Origin: a virus
Strand: one strand, 5' to 3'
Virus record (IMG/VR): IMGVR_UViG_3300036766_001793
Span: 64,001 to 128,000 of that record
DNA length: 64,000 bases
Both the position numbers and the translations under genes were made by a program. The notes under the pieces are model-generated. The model was not told the DNA's origin. It ran no database searches and saw only the letters and a program-made list of their open reading frames with translations. Positions within the stretch are counted from its first letter, which is position 1, and each line of letters opens with the position of its first letter. Shown piece after piece: positions 62,967-64,000 of the stretch.

Positions 62967-63329
62967 CTATACTGTACCCTGAAGACCATCCCTCCCAATC
63001 TCCGTCGGCCCCACCCCCATTCGTTCAGCCCTCTCCCTCGCCGCATTTTCCCGCCACTTGGTCTCCTGCTCTGCGTTAAGTCTGTTCATCCTGTCCCACG
63101 GATCCTCGTCTATGTAAAGAGTGAAGCACACACAGCAAACGTGCTCTCCGTCCAGGGTCCCGCCGTACATGCCGGAGTGCGGGACGAAGCAAACGACCCC
63201 GTCCTCCCTAAGGAATAGCGAGCCTACCTCGGCGGGTCCGAGCTCGGCGGGCCACGCGTCTTGACGGCTCCTGCACATCTCGCAGATCGCTCGCGGGAGC
63301 TCGACCGGGTAGCGGCACTTCTTCTTCAT
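62967..63329 (-). CDS. Cys-rich hypothetical protein (MKKKCRYP...)
   Basis: TAATG coupling to the PNK stop. Confidence 0.5.
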   Translation of the reverse strand: MKKKCRYPVELPRAICEMCRSRQDAWPAELGPAEVGSLFLREDGVVCFVPHSGMYGGTLDGEHVCCVCFTLYIDEDPWDRMNRLNAEQETKWRENAARERAERMGVGPTEIGRDGLQGTV

Positions 63330-64000
63330 TAGAAGTTGCCCTCGGCGACCTGGAGGCAGGTCAGCCCGAGCGACCGCCAGAGCTCTACCACCTGGTTGCG
63401 GTCGTCTAGGACGAAGTGGACGTTGAACTTCCCCCTCACGTGGGCGTCGAAGAGCTCTGCCTTGACCACAGCGTCCTTCCTGCTGTCCCCGCCCTTCCTC
63501 ATGTGGAGCTCGTAGTGGTGCCCGAAGTGCTTCTCCAGGAAGTCGACGGTCTGCCGCCGATAGAGGTCCTCGCGGCCCGACATGAAGATGATGTCTGGCG
63601 CGGCCGCACACAGAAGCGACTCCAGAAGGAGGAGGACCGGCGCGTTTGGGGTGTCGAGGTGGGCCGTGGCCGCGTTGTACGGGCTGCGGTGGTTCAGGCC
63701 GCATCCGCACCCGTGCCGCTGGCAGAAGAGCGCCACGGTCCCGTCCAAGTCGCATAGCACGGCCCAGGGGAGCCCGGGGGTCTCTCTGTACGGCTCCAGC
63801 TCCCATGGGGTGCCGATGAACCGCCTGGCCATGTCCCTGATGACCGCCTCGCCGACTGGCCTCGCCCGGCGGGAGTCCCTGGCGATCGCCTCCTCCACCT
63901 CCACGTCGAAGCGCTTCACCTCGACCCGCGCCCCGAACGGCCTCGCGATCTCGTACATCCTGCGGATGTGCTTGTCCTCGAAGTTCGTGTCGTCCACGAT
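63329..64000 (-). CDS. pnk: Polynucleotide kinase/3'-phosphatase (T4 PseT-like), 5' end outside the window
   Basis: DDTN...RD..R...VGE.VI kinase end; HAD motifs DLDGT, SGR, MR..GD.RKD..VK, DDRNQVV. Confidence 0.88.
   Translation of the reverse strand: MVDDTNFEDKHIRRMYEIARPFGARVEVKRFDVEVEEAIARDSRRARPVGEAVIRDMARRFIGTPWELEPYRETPGLPWAVLCDLDGTVALFCQRHGCGCGLNHRSPYNAATAHLDTPNAPVLLLLESLLCAAAPDIIFMSGREDLYRRQTVDFLEKHFGHHYELHMRKGGDSRKDAVVKAELFDAHVRGKFNVHFVLDDRNQVVELWRSLGLTCLQVAEGNF

Noticed and set aside
1-64000. Long plus-strand and alternate-frame ORFs (e.g. 13760..16183, 50152..51582, 39943..41148, 62967..63806 N-terminal part)
   Set aside because: Arg/Pro/Gly-rich shadow frames of GC-rich minus-strand genes or tRNAs, with no recognisable motifs.

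Overview
The window is a 64-kb piece of a large, GC-rich (roughly 70% by eye) tailed dsDNA phage. Essentially all credible genes are on the minus strand; the many plus-strand ORFs look like GC shadow frames. Reading in the direction of transcription (right to left): (i) 64.0-43.1 kb holds PNK/phosphatase, RuvC, a DEDDh 3'-5' exonuclease, membrane proteins, class II ribonucleotide reductase (nrdJ), an intein-containing metallophosphoesterase, a sortase-type surface protein, a GNAT-containing protein, a dual-specificity phosphatase, and several modular proteins sharing a short GPRGG motif. (ii) 43.1-31.1 kb is an array of 41 tRNA genes covering all 20 amino acids (Met only through the CAU tRNAs), plus three aberrant tRNA-like RNAs, repeated structured non-coding spacers, small ORFs, an HNH nuclease and a 5-hmdU DNA kinase-like gene. 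(iii) 30.5-25.7 kb is a 1620-aa HK97-type prohead protease polyprotein with two inteins and Nudix, DUF5661-like and 2H-phosphoesterase domains. (iv) 25.5-0.9 kb is a block of fibre/decoration/adaptor genes (tail-collar, beta-propeller and 14-aa-repeat proteins) invaded by NUMOD3 homing endonucleases. (v) At the left edge is an acidic scaffold-like ORF that is missing from the ORF track. The best candidates for undescribed biology are a putative GPRGG-tagged, Lys-cleaved virion cargo system, tRNAs lacking the near-universal U33, and a repeated structured RNA family inside the tRNA array. All calls come from reading the sequence by eye; no database searches were run.
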